64,000 bases of DNA, from contig JBIOIY010000005.1 in the NCBI GenBank assembly GCA_044450345.1, forward strand, positions 30,779-94,778, in the 5' to 3' direction. The first letter of the stretch is position 1, and each line of letters opens with the position of its first letter. Position numbers and translations under genes: made by a program. Origin of the DNA: Thermodesulfovibrionales bacterium (lineage in GTDB: Bacteria; Nitrospirota; Thermodesulfovibrionia; Thermodesulfovibrionales; UBA6898). The notes below the pieces were generated by a model. That model was not told where the DNA came from. It saw only the letters and a program-made list of their open reading frames with translations, and did no database searches. This document shows, piece by piece, positions 19,371 through 28,288 of this stretch.

Positions 19371-19814
19371 ATGTTAGACATCGGCAGGGAAAATTTCCAT
19401 GATATAGCGAAAGAGGTACTGGGAAGCGGCAAAGGTCTTGTCTTTGTGGCAGGCGGGAGCAGCATGTCGCCCTTCATTAAGCATGGGGATACCGTAGAGA
19501 TACGACCTGACAGATCGTTACGGTTGGGCGATGTCGCTTTCTTAAGGAATCAGGAAGGCCGACTCGTATTGCACAGGGTCATAAAGATGACGGGGGCCGG
19601 CATAATTACGAGGGGCGACGCGGTCGAAGGGGATGACGACTTCACCCCGTTCGGAGATGTGCTCGGCAAGGCGGTCAAGTCTTCAGGATATAATTTTCAT
19701 CTGAAATTCCCGTTCAACCGGCTCATAGCCCGGGGGTTCATCCGCCCTTCGAAACTCTCGCGAAACAGATTGTTATTCCCTCTCGCCAAAAAGATTGCCT
19801 CCCTCCTCGGTTGA
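19371..19814 (+). CDS. S24/S26 family peptidase (signal peptidase-like, Ser/His type)
   Basis: GSSMSPFIKHGD, LGDVAFL, LHRVI and TRGDA are S26 box B-E-like motifs; no N-terminal TM. Confidence 0.82.
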   Translation: MLDIGRENFHDIAKEVLGSGKGLVFVAGGSSMSPFIKHGDTVEIRPDRSLRLGDVAFLRNQEGRLVLHRVIKMTGAGIITRGDAVEGDDDFTPFGDVLGKAVKSSGYNFHLKFPFNRLIARGFIRPSKLSRNRLLFPLAKKIASLLG

Positions 19815-19894
19815 GGGGAGAAACAGCATTATTTATTACGCTGTCCGGCACGCCTATTTCTCTTTTAATGCGATAGCCGCGGAGACCGTACGAG

Positions 19895-20333
19895 TTATTC
19901 GTCATGTGTCGGCTCCTGTTTCTTGATGGTTATCGGCGTATCCGCCACTCCGGCATAGAAGACAAGAATCTCTGCCGTTTTAACGCCTTCATTCTTTCCG
20001 TAATGCCGTTTATTCACGACCTCGACAATTGAATCTCCGGCTTTTAGATGTAATGTCTTGTTGTCCTCGGCAACAGCAGTCGGCTCCCCACTCAATAATA
20101 CGCCTGCATTTATAACCGGATGTTTATGCAGAGATAATGGCGCTCCCGGCGGGATTTTTATTCTGAGAATCGTCAGTTCCGGGGGTGCCCTTCGGGTAGT
20201 CGGGCAGACGGCTCCCATCCCAGCTTAAACTCGTTTTTGTTAATACATCAACCTGGACGGCATTCAGATCCCCGGCAAAAACATTACTTGATAACAATAA
20301 AGCAAAACATATTACGTAAATCAGCTTTTTCAT
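19895..20333 (-). pseudogene. Exported cupin-domain protein, frameshifted
   Basis: N-terminal half MKKLIYVICF...SWDGSRLPDYPKGTP (ATG 20333) and C-terminal half PELTILRIKIPPG...HKHPVINAGV...E...HYG lie in different frames. The shift is at the G5 run 20181-20185. Confidence 0.8.
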
Positions 20334-20522
20334 TTCATAGTCCTTTCTTTTGCACGGGGGCAGAAGATCCCCCGATCCGCTGATAAATATTAATGAAAAG
20401 GGGGAATGTATGTGAAGAAGAAAACGTGAAACGTGAGAGGTCAAAGAGTGGAACTGGATTCTCTACGGGTCGTAGACCCGCCTTCGCGGGCATAACGGAA
20501 TCGGAAAAAACCCGGACCATCC

Positions 20523-20747
20523 TCAAAGATGGCGGGCAAGCCGTCGGTTCACTTCATATATCAACCTCACGGCTATTTTTTCGGAATCGATCTCATAAGT
20601 CCCTGCGGTCAGCGCTTTTTTGATGGCCTCGATCTTACCAATCCTGATCTCGGGCAGCCGGCCGATAGCGTTTTTAAACCCTGCTATTTTCTCTGCCCTG
20701 AAATGAAGGTCCCGCCCTTCCGGCGGCATACCGCCATCTGTCTTCAT
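20523..20747 (-). CDS. flgM: Anti-sigma28 factor FlgM (short, probably internally shortened)
   Basis: LPEIRIGKIEAIKKALTAGTYEIDSEKIA matches the FlgM C-terminal signature; next to fliA; preceded by a sigma28 promoter. Confidence 0.78.
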   Translation of the reverse strand: MKTDGGMPPEGRDLHFRAEKIAGFKNAIGRLPEIRIGKIEAIKKALTAGTYEIDSEKIAVRLIYEVNRRLARHL

Positions 20748-20777
20748 TGCGACCTCCTGATGCGGGTGTTTTATTTC

Positions 20778-20804
20778 TTATCGGCACTTTTCTCAGTAAC
20801 TTTA
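20778..20804 (-). promoter_or_regulatory. Sigma28 (FliA) promoter of flgM
   Basis: Minus strand reads TAAA-GTTACTGAGAAAAGT(15 nt)-GCCGATAA, an exact match to TAAA-N15-GCCGATAA, about 30 nt upstream of the flgM ATG. Confidence 0.9.
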
Positions 20805-20939
20805 CACGAAGAGCTGTGAAACGATCTTGTCATAGACATTGACGTTAGCCGAAGCGGCGATCCTTTTGCCTTTTTTTGACCCGGTCAAAAAAACCGTTCT
20901 ACCGGGCGGTAAACTCCCTCGGTGGATTGCAGAAGGTCC

Positions 20940-21746
20940 TCACCCCGCCGTGTAAGCTCCCACCAAGGCCGCACCATCGGCCATTCTTCGGTCTTTCGCA
21001 GGACACTCCTTCGGGGAGTCCTTTGCGGCCGCCATTTTCGCTTTCAGCCTTATCAACGCCTGATTATGCAGTTGGCAGATTCTTCCTTCAGTCAGTTTCA
21101 TGATCTTGCCTATTTCTTTCATCGTGAGTTCCTCCCAGTAATAGAGCGAAAGAAGCAGCCGCTCTTTCTCGGGAAGCTCATCAATAAGCCGCGCTATCAT
21201 CTTTTTTCCCGCCTTTTCCTCCAGTGCTATCAGGGGATTGCACGCATTCGGATCAGGTATGCACTCCAGGATGTTCAGGCCGTCGTCCGTCGGGCCGTTG
21301 CCGTCGAAGTCCTCGAACCTGAACTCGACAGCGCCGTTTGCTTCGCCGAGCGTCTTGTAATACTCGTCGAGCGTGAGGTTAAGCGCGCCCGCGACTTCCT
21401 CCTCTTCCGGCGGTCTGCCGAATTCTCTTTCAAGCCCGGTATAGGCCTTCTTAAGGACGTTTACCTTCGCTTTCAGAGATCTCGGGAGCCACTCCACCGC
21501 CCGCAGTTCGTCGAGCATAGACCCCTTGATCCTGAACTCTGCGTACGTCTTTAACTTGGCCCTGCCGCGCTCATATTTTCCCATGGCGTCGAGGAGCCCC
21601 ATCAAGCCCGCGCTGATCAGGTCGTCCACCGTAAGCTGAGGCGGAAGCCGCCACGCCAGCCTGCCGGCGGTGTATTTTATAAAAGGCAAAAAATCTCGTA
21701 TGACCTGTTCCTTCTCTTCTTCCCGGATTTCTTCATCTGTCTGCAT
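20940..21746 (-). CDS. fliA: RNA polymerase sigma28 FliA/WhiG
   Basis: LPPQLTVDDLISAGLMGLLDA, TYAEFRIKGSMLDELR..WLPRS, LYYWEELTMKEIG...TEGRICQLH. Start set at ATG 21746 after AGGGAGG. Confidence 0.93.
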   Translation of the reverse strand: MQTDEEIREEEKEQVIRDFLPFIKYTAGRLAWRLPPQLTVDDLISAGLMGLLDAMGKYERGRAKLKTYAEFRIKGSMLDELRAVEWLPRSLKAKVNVLKKAYTGLEREFGRPPEEEEVAGALNLTLDEYYKTLGEANGAVEFRFEDFDGNGPTDDGLNILECIPDPNACNPLIALEEKAGKKMIARLIDELPEKERLLLSLYYWEELTMKEIGKIMKLTEGRICQLHNQALIRLKAKMAAAKDSPKECPAKDRRMADGAALVGAYTAG

Positions 21747-21848
21747 GGTGATCCTCCCTGTCCCCCGGCCCATCACCCGCGCACGCCGGAAATGCCTCAA
21801 GTGGTTCCGGCTGCGGCACAGGTCCATGACGCCTTTGTCATTTCGTAC

Positions 21849-22661
21849 CTATACGGGTACGTTCCATTTTCCTCTGACCAAGTTCCCCCAGGAAAGCTGG
21901 AGGGTCCCTTTGACCCTGCTCGGGCGCTCACGAACGAGCCTCGAAGCTATCGCCGAAATATGTTTGGCTGCCCGGCTGCCGGGATCAGCATCTATGAACG
22001 CCTTCCGTGCCATGACCGCCTTCTGTATCGAACCGTCAAGCGGGATATATCCGAGATAATCGAGGGATATGTTCGGAAACTTCTCCGTAGCAAGAGAAAG
22101 TCTTCTGAAGACCTCGATCGCATCATACCGGCCCTTTGCCAAGTTGACGAGGACCTTGAAGTCCTTCTCCTGATATCTCGTAAAAAGGGCCTTGATGAGC
22201 GCACAGGCGTCGGTCATGGAGGTCGGCTCCGGCGAAGTGACCACGATGATCTCCTGTGAGGCCATGCAGAAAAACGCGACGTTTGCGGATATCCCGGCGC
22301 CGGTGTCGATGAGGAGAAAATCCAAGTCGATATTACACGCTTCAAATTCTTCGATGAGTCTCATCCTCTGGAACTCATCGAGATCCGTCATCTCCTGCAC
22401 CCCGGAACTGGCGGGCAGTATCCTGATACCGTAAGGCCCTTCGATGATCACGTCCATGAGCCCCTTTTCTCCGTTGAGAACATGATGGATGTCATATGGC
22501 GCCGCGAGGTCCAGCAGGACATCGATATTGCCCAGGCCAAGGTCGGCGTCGAAGATCATCACTTTTTTCCCTATCTTCGCCAGGGCGACGGCAAGACTCA
22601 CCGCCATGTTGGTCTTGCCTACCCCTCCCTTCCCGCTTGTTATCGTGATCGTCCTGGCCAT
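21849..22661 (-). CDS. flhG: FlhG/FleN MinD-like ATPase
   Basis: TITSGKGGVGKT, DADLGLGNIDVLL, DTGAGIS, PEPTSMTDA; directly upstream of fliA. Confidence 0.9.
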   Translation of the reverse strand: MARTITITSGKGGVGKTNMAVSLAVALAKIGKKVMIFDADLGLGNIDVLLDLAAPYDIHHVLNGEKGLMDVIIEGPYGIRILPASSGVQEMTDLDEFQRMRLIEEFEACNIDLDFLLIDTGAGISANVAFFCMASQEIIVVTSPEPTSMTDACALIKALFTRYQEKDFKVLVNLAKGRYDAIEVFRRLSLATEKFPNISLDYLGYIPLDGSIQKAVMARKAFIDADPGSRAAKHISAIASRLVRERPSRVKGTLQLSWGNLVRGKWNVPV

Positions 22662-22814
22662 CCTGTCACCCTTTAAATCATTGTTCATCACACCACTTCT
22701 GTTAAGGACCATGTCTGAGGGTCGCTCGCTGTTCGGAAAATCGCTGTCCACCGGCGCCCTCTGCCCGCCGCTCTATACCCGCCATGTTTTTCGATTGATA
22801 CTCGCCTGGGTAGA

Positions 22815-22831
22815 ATCAAGTACCGTGCCAG
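22815..22831 (-). promoter_or_regulatory. Probable sigma54 promoter for flhG-fliA
   Basis: Minus strand CTGGCACGGTACTTGAT: perfect -24 element, with TTGA instead of TTGC at -12. Confidence 0.6.
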
Positions 22832-23142
22832 TGGAAAAACGTTGGAAATTAAGACTTTTTAGTGAGTAGATCGTTCTGCTTGGCGTCAAAGAAATGACAG
22901 AGTGATGGTTTTTCAGCTTTGTATGGAAGAGGGCAAGTCAACCAGGGAATAAGTCAAAGTCATGCCGGCCGTATCATTCGCTCTCCAATGATGAAACGCG
23001 TACCTCTATACTTCATATACTGTCAGAGGTTTGACATGAGTGCTGAAAGCGCTAAACTTGGAATAATGAGGGGTCTGTAGTCAGATTCAATCGCGCCTCC
23101 GAAAGGACGACGAGATACACTTTGCCGAGGTAAAGGAGGGAC

Positions 23143-24594
23143 ATGCACAACATACTCGTAATAGATGATACCGAATCGATCAGGGACTCACTAAGTATTT
23201 TTTTTGCGGAGGAAGGATTTCATGTTGCCGCCGCCGCGGACGGCAAAACCGGACTCGATATGCTGAGACGTGAACACTTCGACATCTTTCTCGTAGATCT
23301 CATGATGCCCGGGATGGGCGGTCTCGATGTCCTCAAAGAGACCATCGCTCGCAAAATCCACGTCCCCTGCATCGTTATGACCGGCTATGCCACTGTCCAG
23401 ACCGCGGTCGAAGCGATGAAACTAGGCGCTTTCGACTATGTCACCAAACCGTTTCTGTACGAAGAGATCCTCATAAACATACGGAGGGCGCTGGATATTT
23501 CAAAGCTGCAGAGAGAAAATGAGATGCTGAAAAAGCAGCTGAAAAGTAAATACGATTTCCACGGCCTCACCGGGACCTCGCCACAGATAGAGAAGCTCCA
23601 TAAATACATCGAAAAAATTGCGGATACGGAAAGCACCGTGCTTATCTCCGGCGAAAGCGGCACCGGCAAGGAAGTTGTCGCCAAAACTATTCACTACAAT
23701 AGTTCGAGGTCCTCCAAACCGTTCATACCGTTAAATTGCGCAGCAATTCCTAAAGACCTCCTTGAGTCGGAGCTCTTCGGACATGAAAAAGGCTCCTTTA
23801 CAGGGGCGCACACCACAAGGATAGGCCGCTTTGAACTGGCCAACGGCGGTACCCTCCTTCTCGATGAGGTAGGCGAGCTCCATCCCAACCTCCAGGCAAA
23901 GATCCTCAGGGTGCTTCAGGAAAGGGAGTTTGAACGGTTGGGCGGCACGAAGACCATTAAAACCGATGTGAGAATACTTGCAGCGACGAACAAAGACCTC
24001 TTAAAGGCGACGAAGGACGGCACGTTCAGGGAAGACCTCTACTACCGCCTCAACGTGATACCCCTTCATATACCTCCCCTAAGGGAAAGGAGAGAAGATA
24101 TCGCCGTCCTGATCGAGCACTTCATGGGCGAGATCTGCAGGAGAAAAAAGAAAAAGCCCCTGACAATAGGTACTGCGGCGATGGAACATATCATGAACTA
24201 CAGTTGGCCGGGCAACGTCAGAGAGCTCGAGAACCTAATAGAAAGACTGGTTATACTCGATGACGACGGCCTGGTTTCGACGGACGACCTCCCCGAACGT
24301 TTCTTCGAGGCGGTGCAGACCTCGGCAGAAGGCCCTGAGCAGCAGACAAAGGACCTGGCCTTCCAGACGGGAATCATTCTTCCGAGGGAGGGCATTGATA
24401 TGAATGCCTGCATCGACGAAATAGAGAGGGGCCTGATCGTGCAGGCGCTGGAAAGGGCGGGGGGGGTCAAGAAAAATGCCGCTGCGCTGCTCGGACTCAA
24501 CCGAACAACCCTCCTCGACAAGTTGAAGAAGAAAGGCATTCAGACCGGTTCTCCTGCAACTGAGGACCCAAAGGAGAAAACTTTCTCTCCTTGA
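23143..24594 (+). CDS. Sigma54-dependent response regulator (REC-AAA+-HTH; NtrC/FlgR/FleQ-like)
   Basis: REC domain (VIDD, DLMMPG); GESGTGKE; ESELFGHEKGSFTGA; LLDEVGE; WPGNVRELEN; Fis-type HTH AAALLGLNRTTL. RBS AAGGAGG. Confidence 0.93.
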   Translation: MHNILVIDDTESIRDSLSIFFAEEGFHVAAAADGKTGLDMLRREHFDIFLVDLMMPGMGGLDVLKETIARKIHVPCIVMTGYATVQTAVEAMKLGAFDYVTKPFLYEEILINIRRALDISKLQRENEMLKKQLKSKYDFHGLTGTSPQIEKLHKYIEKIADTESTVLISGESGTGKEVVAKTIHYNSSRSSKPFIPLNCAAIPKDLLESELFGHEKGSFTGAHTTRIGRFELANGGTLLLDEVGELHPNLQAKILRVLQEREFERLGGTKTIKTDVRILAATNKDLLKATKDGTFREDLYYRLNVIPLHIPPLRERREDIAVLIEHFMGEICRRKKKKPLTIGTAAMEHIMNYSWPGNVRELENLIERLVILDDDGLVSTDDLPERFFEAVQTSAEGPEQQTKDLAFQTGIILPREGIDMNACIDEIERGLIVQALERAGGVKKNAAALLGLNRTTLLDKLKKKGIQTGSPATEDPKEKTFSP

Positions 24595-24611
24595 AAATCA
24601 TGGACACTGAG

Positions 24612-26318
24612 TCAGCTCTTCCAGAAGCTCATCAGCCTTATGGGAAGATCCGAGACCATCTCCTCAGTTGCCTCCTCGATATTGTCCTGCATATTGAGCG
24701 TCGTATAATTGACGGTTTTTGTCCGGGGCGCCGAGATTGTCTTCTTTGTCGCCGTATCGATGACCTTGATCGAAATTGTGGAGGCGTACTGTTCCATAGT
24801 CTGGCCGTAAAACTGGAGGGGCCCCGCATTCATGGTATTGACGGTAACATAGACAAGCACGTCCGCCTTCAGCTGACGCTGGTCTAACGCGTTCAGCGGT
24901 ATCCCGTGTTTGGTGGAGGTCGGAAAAGACCGCTCCTGTAATTTCCTTCCGATAACGGATTCAACGATTTGTGAAATATTCGGTTCGCCGGAAGTCACGA
25001 CGAGGACTGCAGGCATCACGGCACGCTTCGACGGCCGGGACCGTTCGGCAGGAGCGGTACCGGGTTCTGTCTGCTTTGCCTCAGGGGCAAGGCTGTCCCG
25101 CGCCGCTCCTCTCACCTTACTGCCGGGCGCTGCGGGAGGGACACTCGCGATCTCATGTGAACCCGGGACATTCCCCCCGGCAGGCGGGGAAGATTCCACT
25201 CTCGAACCGTCGCCTCCCTGTGAGGACGGTTGTCCGGCCTCTCCGGCCGGCTGCGGGGCCGGGTCCCCTTTCTTTTCTTCCTGAGCAGAGGAAGGAAACA
25301 CCTTAGTAAAGAGCGCCCGGTAGCCATACTTGGAGGCATAGAGGGCAGAGCCCCCCATGAGCGCAATGATCAGCACGGCCGCAACCAGAAACGGGACATT
25401 GCTTCTGGCCTTTGTCGTCGTTGCACCCCTAGTCTGCGGGGATGTCTGCGGCTGAACAGCTAAGACAGCCGCCTGCTTCGGGACCTCACCCTTTGGCTGT
25501 ACTTTGTTCAGAGATTCAAGCGCCTCCCGGAATTCCACGACATTCTGAAATCGGTCCTCCGGTTTTTTGGCGATGGCCTTCAATACCACCGCCTCCGCTT
25601 GCGGGGAAATGCCGGGATTTATCGATCTCGGAGACGGCGGCGCTTCATAGACGTGTTTGAAAATAACAGAAGATGGGGTATCGGCCTTGAAGGGGACGCT
25701 TCCCGTCAGGAGTTGGTAGAGGACGATTCCGAGGGAATAGATGTCGGTCCGATGGTCCAGAGGCTTCCCTTCCCCCTGTTCAGGAGAAGTATAGGCCACA
25801 GTCCCCATATACATGTTGGTCTGGGTCAACTTTTTCGTCGCATCGAGGCTCTTGGCGAGCCCGAAATCGGCGATCTTGACGGTACCGTTTTTTGCGACCA
25901 TGATATTGCTCGGTTTGATATCCCTGTGGATGATGTTCTTTCTCCATGCAGCCTCAAGTCCGCGGCAGACCTGGACGGTGATATCTATCGCCTCGCCCTC
26001 TGAGAAGGTGACCCCTCTCTTTATCTTGTCGGCGAGGTCCTCCCCATCGACGTATTCCATAGCAAAGTAATGTATCCCGTCATCCGTAACACCTTTGCTG
26101 TATATCTGAAGGATATTTTCGTGCATGAGGGACGCGACCGCCTTTGCTTCAATGTCGAACCTCTCGCGGAATTCCTCGACCTCGCTGAGGTTACTCGGCA
26201 ATATCTTTATCGCCACGTCCCTGTCAAGGGAAATCTGTCTAGCCTTGTACACCTGGCCCATTCCGCCCTTGCCGATCTCTTCCGTGATCTCAAAATCTCC
26301 GAATCTTTTTCCTATCAT
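24612..26318 (-). CDS. Hanks-type Ser/Thr protein kinase with TM helix and extracytoplasmic C-terminal domain
   Basis: IGKGGMGQVY, VAIK, HRDIKPSN, DFG, YTSPEQ, DIYSLG; TM near FLVAAVLIIALMGG; Pro-rich linker. Confidence 0.93.
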   Translation of the reverse strand: MIGKRFGDFEITEEIGKGGMGQVYKARQISLDRDVAIKILPSNLSEVEEFRERFDIEAKAVASLMHENILQIYSKGVTDDGIHYFAMEYVDGEDLADKIKRGVTFSEGEAIDITVQVCRGLEAAWRKNIIHRDIKPSNIMVAKNGTVKIADFGLAKSLDATKKLTQTNMYMGTVAYTSPEQGEGKPLDHRTDIYSLGIVLYQLLTGSVPFKADTPSSVIFKHVYEAPPSPRSINPGISPQAEAVVLKAIAKKPEDRFQNVVEFREALESLNKVQPKGEVPKQAAVLAVQPQTSPQTRGATTTKARSNVPFLVAAVLIIALMGGSALYASKYGYRALFTKVFPSSAQEEKKGDPAPQPAGEAGQPSSQGGDGSRVESSPPAGGNVPGSHEIASVPPAAPGSKVRGAARDSLAPEAKQTEPGTAPAERSRPSKRAVMPAVLVVTSGEPNISQIVESVIGRKLQERSFPTSTKHGIPLNALDQRQLKADVLVYVTVNTMNAGPLQFYGQTMEQYASTISIKVIDTATKKTISAPRTKTVNYTTLNMQDNIEEATEEMVSDLPIRLMSFWKS

Positions 26319-26427
26319 AAGCGTCCTCCAACGGGTTTAGGCTTGTCAGCTATCGCCCCTGTCCCGGCCCTTCCCTTCTCGTTATCACGGATCTGTATGT
26401 CCTCCGGGACCTCCTGTGGCTACAGGA

Positions 26428-27390
26428 TTATAAAATATTCCTCGCCCCTTCGTCATTTTTCCCGCCGCACCAGATTATTTCGTAAATGCCCGTTTTATTT
26501 TTCACGCCTTTGAGTTGTTCATGTCCTATAAACCGGCACCGTATATCCTTGTCATCCCTGATCGCCTGATAAAGGTCCGCGGTGATGAATATGTGTTCAG
26601 GAGGCGCAATGGCCTGGACCCTGGAGGCTACATTGACGGAATTTCCAAAGACGTCATGGTCTTCGAACAATACAGCTCCCATGTTCATCCCGATCCGCAG
26701 GTAATAGCGCCCCGCTTCATCCGCTGTCCGGTTATGCTCTTTCAGGTCGGCCTGCATCTCCAGGGACGCCTTTGCCGCCTCATGAGGGTCGTCGAACACC
26801 GCAAGAATCGCATCGCCGATATTTTTCACGTGGGCTCCCCGGTGGGCGCCTATTATCGATGACAGCATGCGATACAGGTTCAAGATCCACTTACGGGCGA
26901 CGATCGTGCCCCTCTCCTGGAAGAAATCGACAGATCCTTTAAGGTCGGCAAAAAGGATTGTCATCGTCTTCCTGCGCTGTTGTATACATGCGGTCTCCTC
27001 ATCTCCGGACGGATGGACTAATGTATCATTGCCGGGTTCCGCGATCTTCACCACAGCCTCAAAAATAGGGGTGAAATTTAATCGTTGACCGTCCTTGATC
27101 CGGACCCTCTCCTTGGGCAACAGCCGTTCCCCTTCGAGGAACGTTCCGTTGCTTGAATTGAGGTCTATAACAAACCACGTCCCTTCACTCCTGACAAACC
27201 GGGCGTGTCTTCGTGATATCTCTTCGTGGATTTCAAGCACTTCCCTTCCGACCGCAGTGCGTCCCACAACATCTCCGTCTCTTACCTCGACGACCCTGCC
27301 GTCGGGCGAAGTTAAGGTGACCGTCCCTTCATGAGAAGGCCGATCATTCTTCTCCTCCTTAATCGGCTGTCTATGTTGTTCGGGGGTCAT
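26428..27390 (-). CDS. FHA domain + class III nucleotide cyclase (adenylate cyclase-type residues)
   Basis: FHA motifs VVGR, ISRRHA, DLNSSNGTF; cyclase motifs ILFADLKGS, KNIGDAIL, RIGMNMG, DVFGNSVNVASRV. Confidence 0.9.
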   Translation of the reverse strand: MTPEQHRQPIKEEKNDRPSHEGTVTLTSPDGRVVEVRDGDVVGRTAVGREVLEIHEEISRRHARFVRSEGTWFVIDLNSSNGTFLEGERLLPKERVRIKDGQRLNFTPIFEAVVKIAEPGNDTLVHPSGDEETACIQQRRKTMTILFADLKGSVDFFQERGTIVARKWILNLYRMLSSIIGAHRGAHVKNIGDAILAVFDDPHEAAKASLEMQADLKEHNRTADEAGRYYLRIGMNMGAVLFEDHDVFGNSVNVASRVQAIAPPEHIFITADLYQAIRDDKDIRCRFIGHEQLKGVKNKTGIYEIIWCGGKNDEGARNIL

Positions 27391-27489
27391 AATCTTTCAG
27401 TGGAACGCTGCATTGAATCTCTTAGCTATAATGATACAGTCATAAAGAACTTTTTGGAAAGAGGGAAAATTACCCCGCGCCGCGGGAAA

Positions 27490-27520
27490 CAAAAAAGGGC
27501 CTACATCTCTGCAGACCCTT
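27490..27520 (-). terminator. Intrinsic terminator after tRNA-Met
   Basis: Minus strand AAGGGTCTGCA-GAGA-TGTAGGCCCTT followed by a T run. Confidence 0.7.
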
Positions 27521-27529
27521 GATTTTAAT

Positions 27530-27606
<77 letters not shown>

Positions 27607-27678
27607 ATCGAGGTACTAAGAATAACTCATTATCCTTCAGGATGTCAAATAAGGCCTTTGCCTCAATATACGCATCCT

Positions 27679-28158
27679 TTATTTGCTTACTCGGGACCTT
27701 ACCGTATCGAGATATTTGATAAATTCGTCGGGGTCCACTTTGTCGATAAAGCAGAGTTTCTTCCCTGTTGCGTCTTTCACGAGGTCTCCGCTCTTATCAA
27801 GAAAGATGAGCAGACAGTCGTTCTTAAATTCGTACTTCTCTCCTAGCTTCTGTTCTTCCTTCGAGAGTTTCCTGGTCAAATCTATCCTAATTGGTATGAA
27901 ATCTTCCATTATCTTCCTGGCGATGGAGGGGTTGTGGTAAACTTCTTTTTCGAGAAATTCGCACCTGGGACAGCCCTTTCCGAAAAAGAAATCTACGATG
28001 ACCGGTTTCCCCTCGGCCTTTGATTTTACCTGGCCTTCCGTGAGCGTATACCATCTGACGCCGCTGTCAGCTAACGCAAAGGAAGCTAAAAGCAGCCCTG
28101 CGACTATCATGACTATAACCGGCTTCTTCATATAGACCCCCCTTTGGAGTAAGGGCAA
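27679..28158 (-). CDS. Exported thioredoxin-fold protein (SoxW/DUF255-like)
   Basis: Signal peptide MKKPVIVM...ALA; GKPVIVDF...GCPRC CxxC motif. Confidence 0.75.
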   Translation of the reverse strand: MPLLQRGVYMKKPVIVMIVAGLLLASFALADSGVRWYTLTEGQVKSKAEGKPVIVDFFFGKGCPRCEFLEKEVYHNPSIARKIMEDFIPIRIDLTRKLSKEEQKLGEKYEFKNDCLLIFLDKSGDLVKDATGKKLCFIDKVDPDEFIKYLDTVRSRVSK

Positions 28159-28288
28159 CTCATGAATTGCCTTTACTACATCATGTTTAATTTATATTAG
28201 CACAATTCCAGACACCGGGCGCCTGATTCCAGGCCTGCCCACCGCTGAATTAGCGGGTTTTCCATCCTCATTTGTTTTACAATCAGAT

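Noticed and set aside
20454..20497. REP-like element CTGGATT...CCCGCCTTCGCGGGCATAACG
   Set aside because: Single degenerate copy in the window; no second copy or associated transposase.
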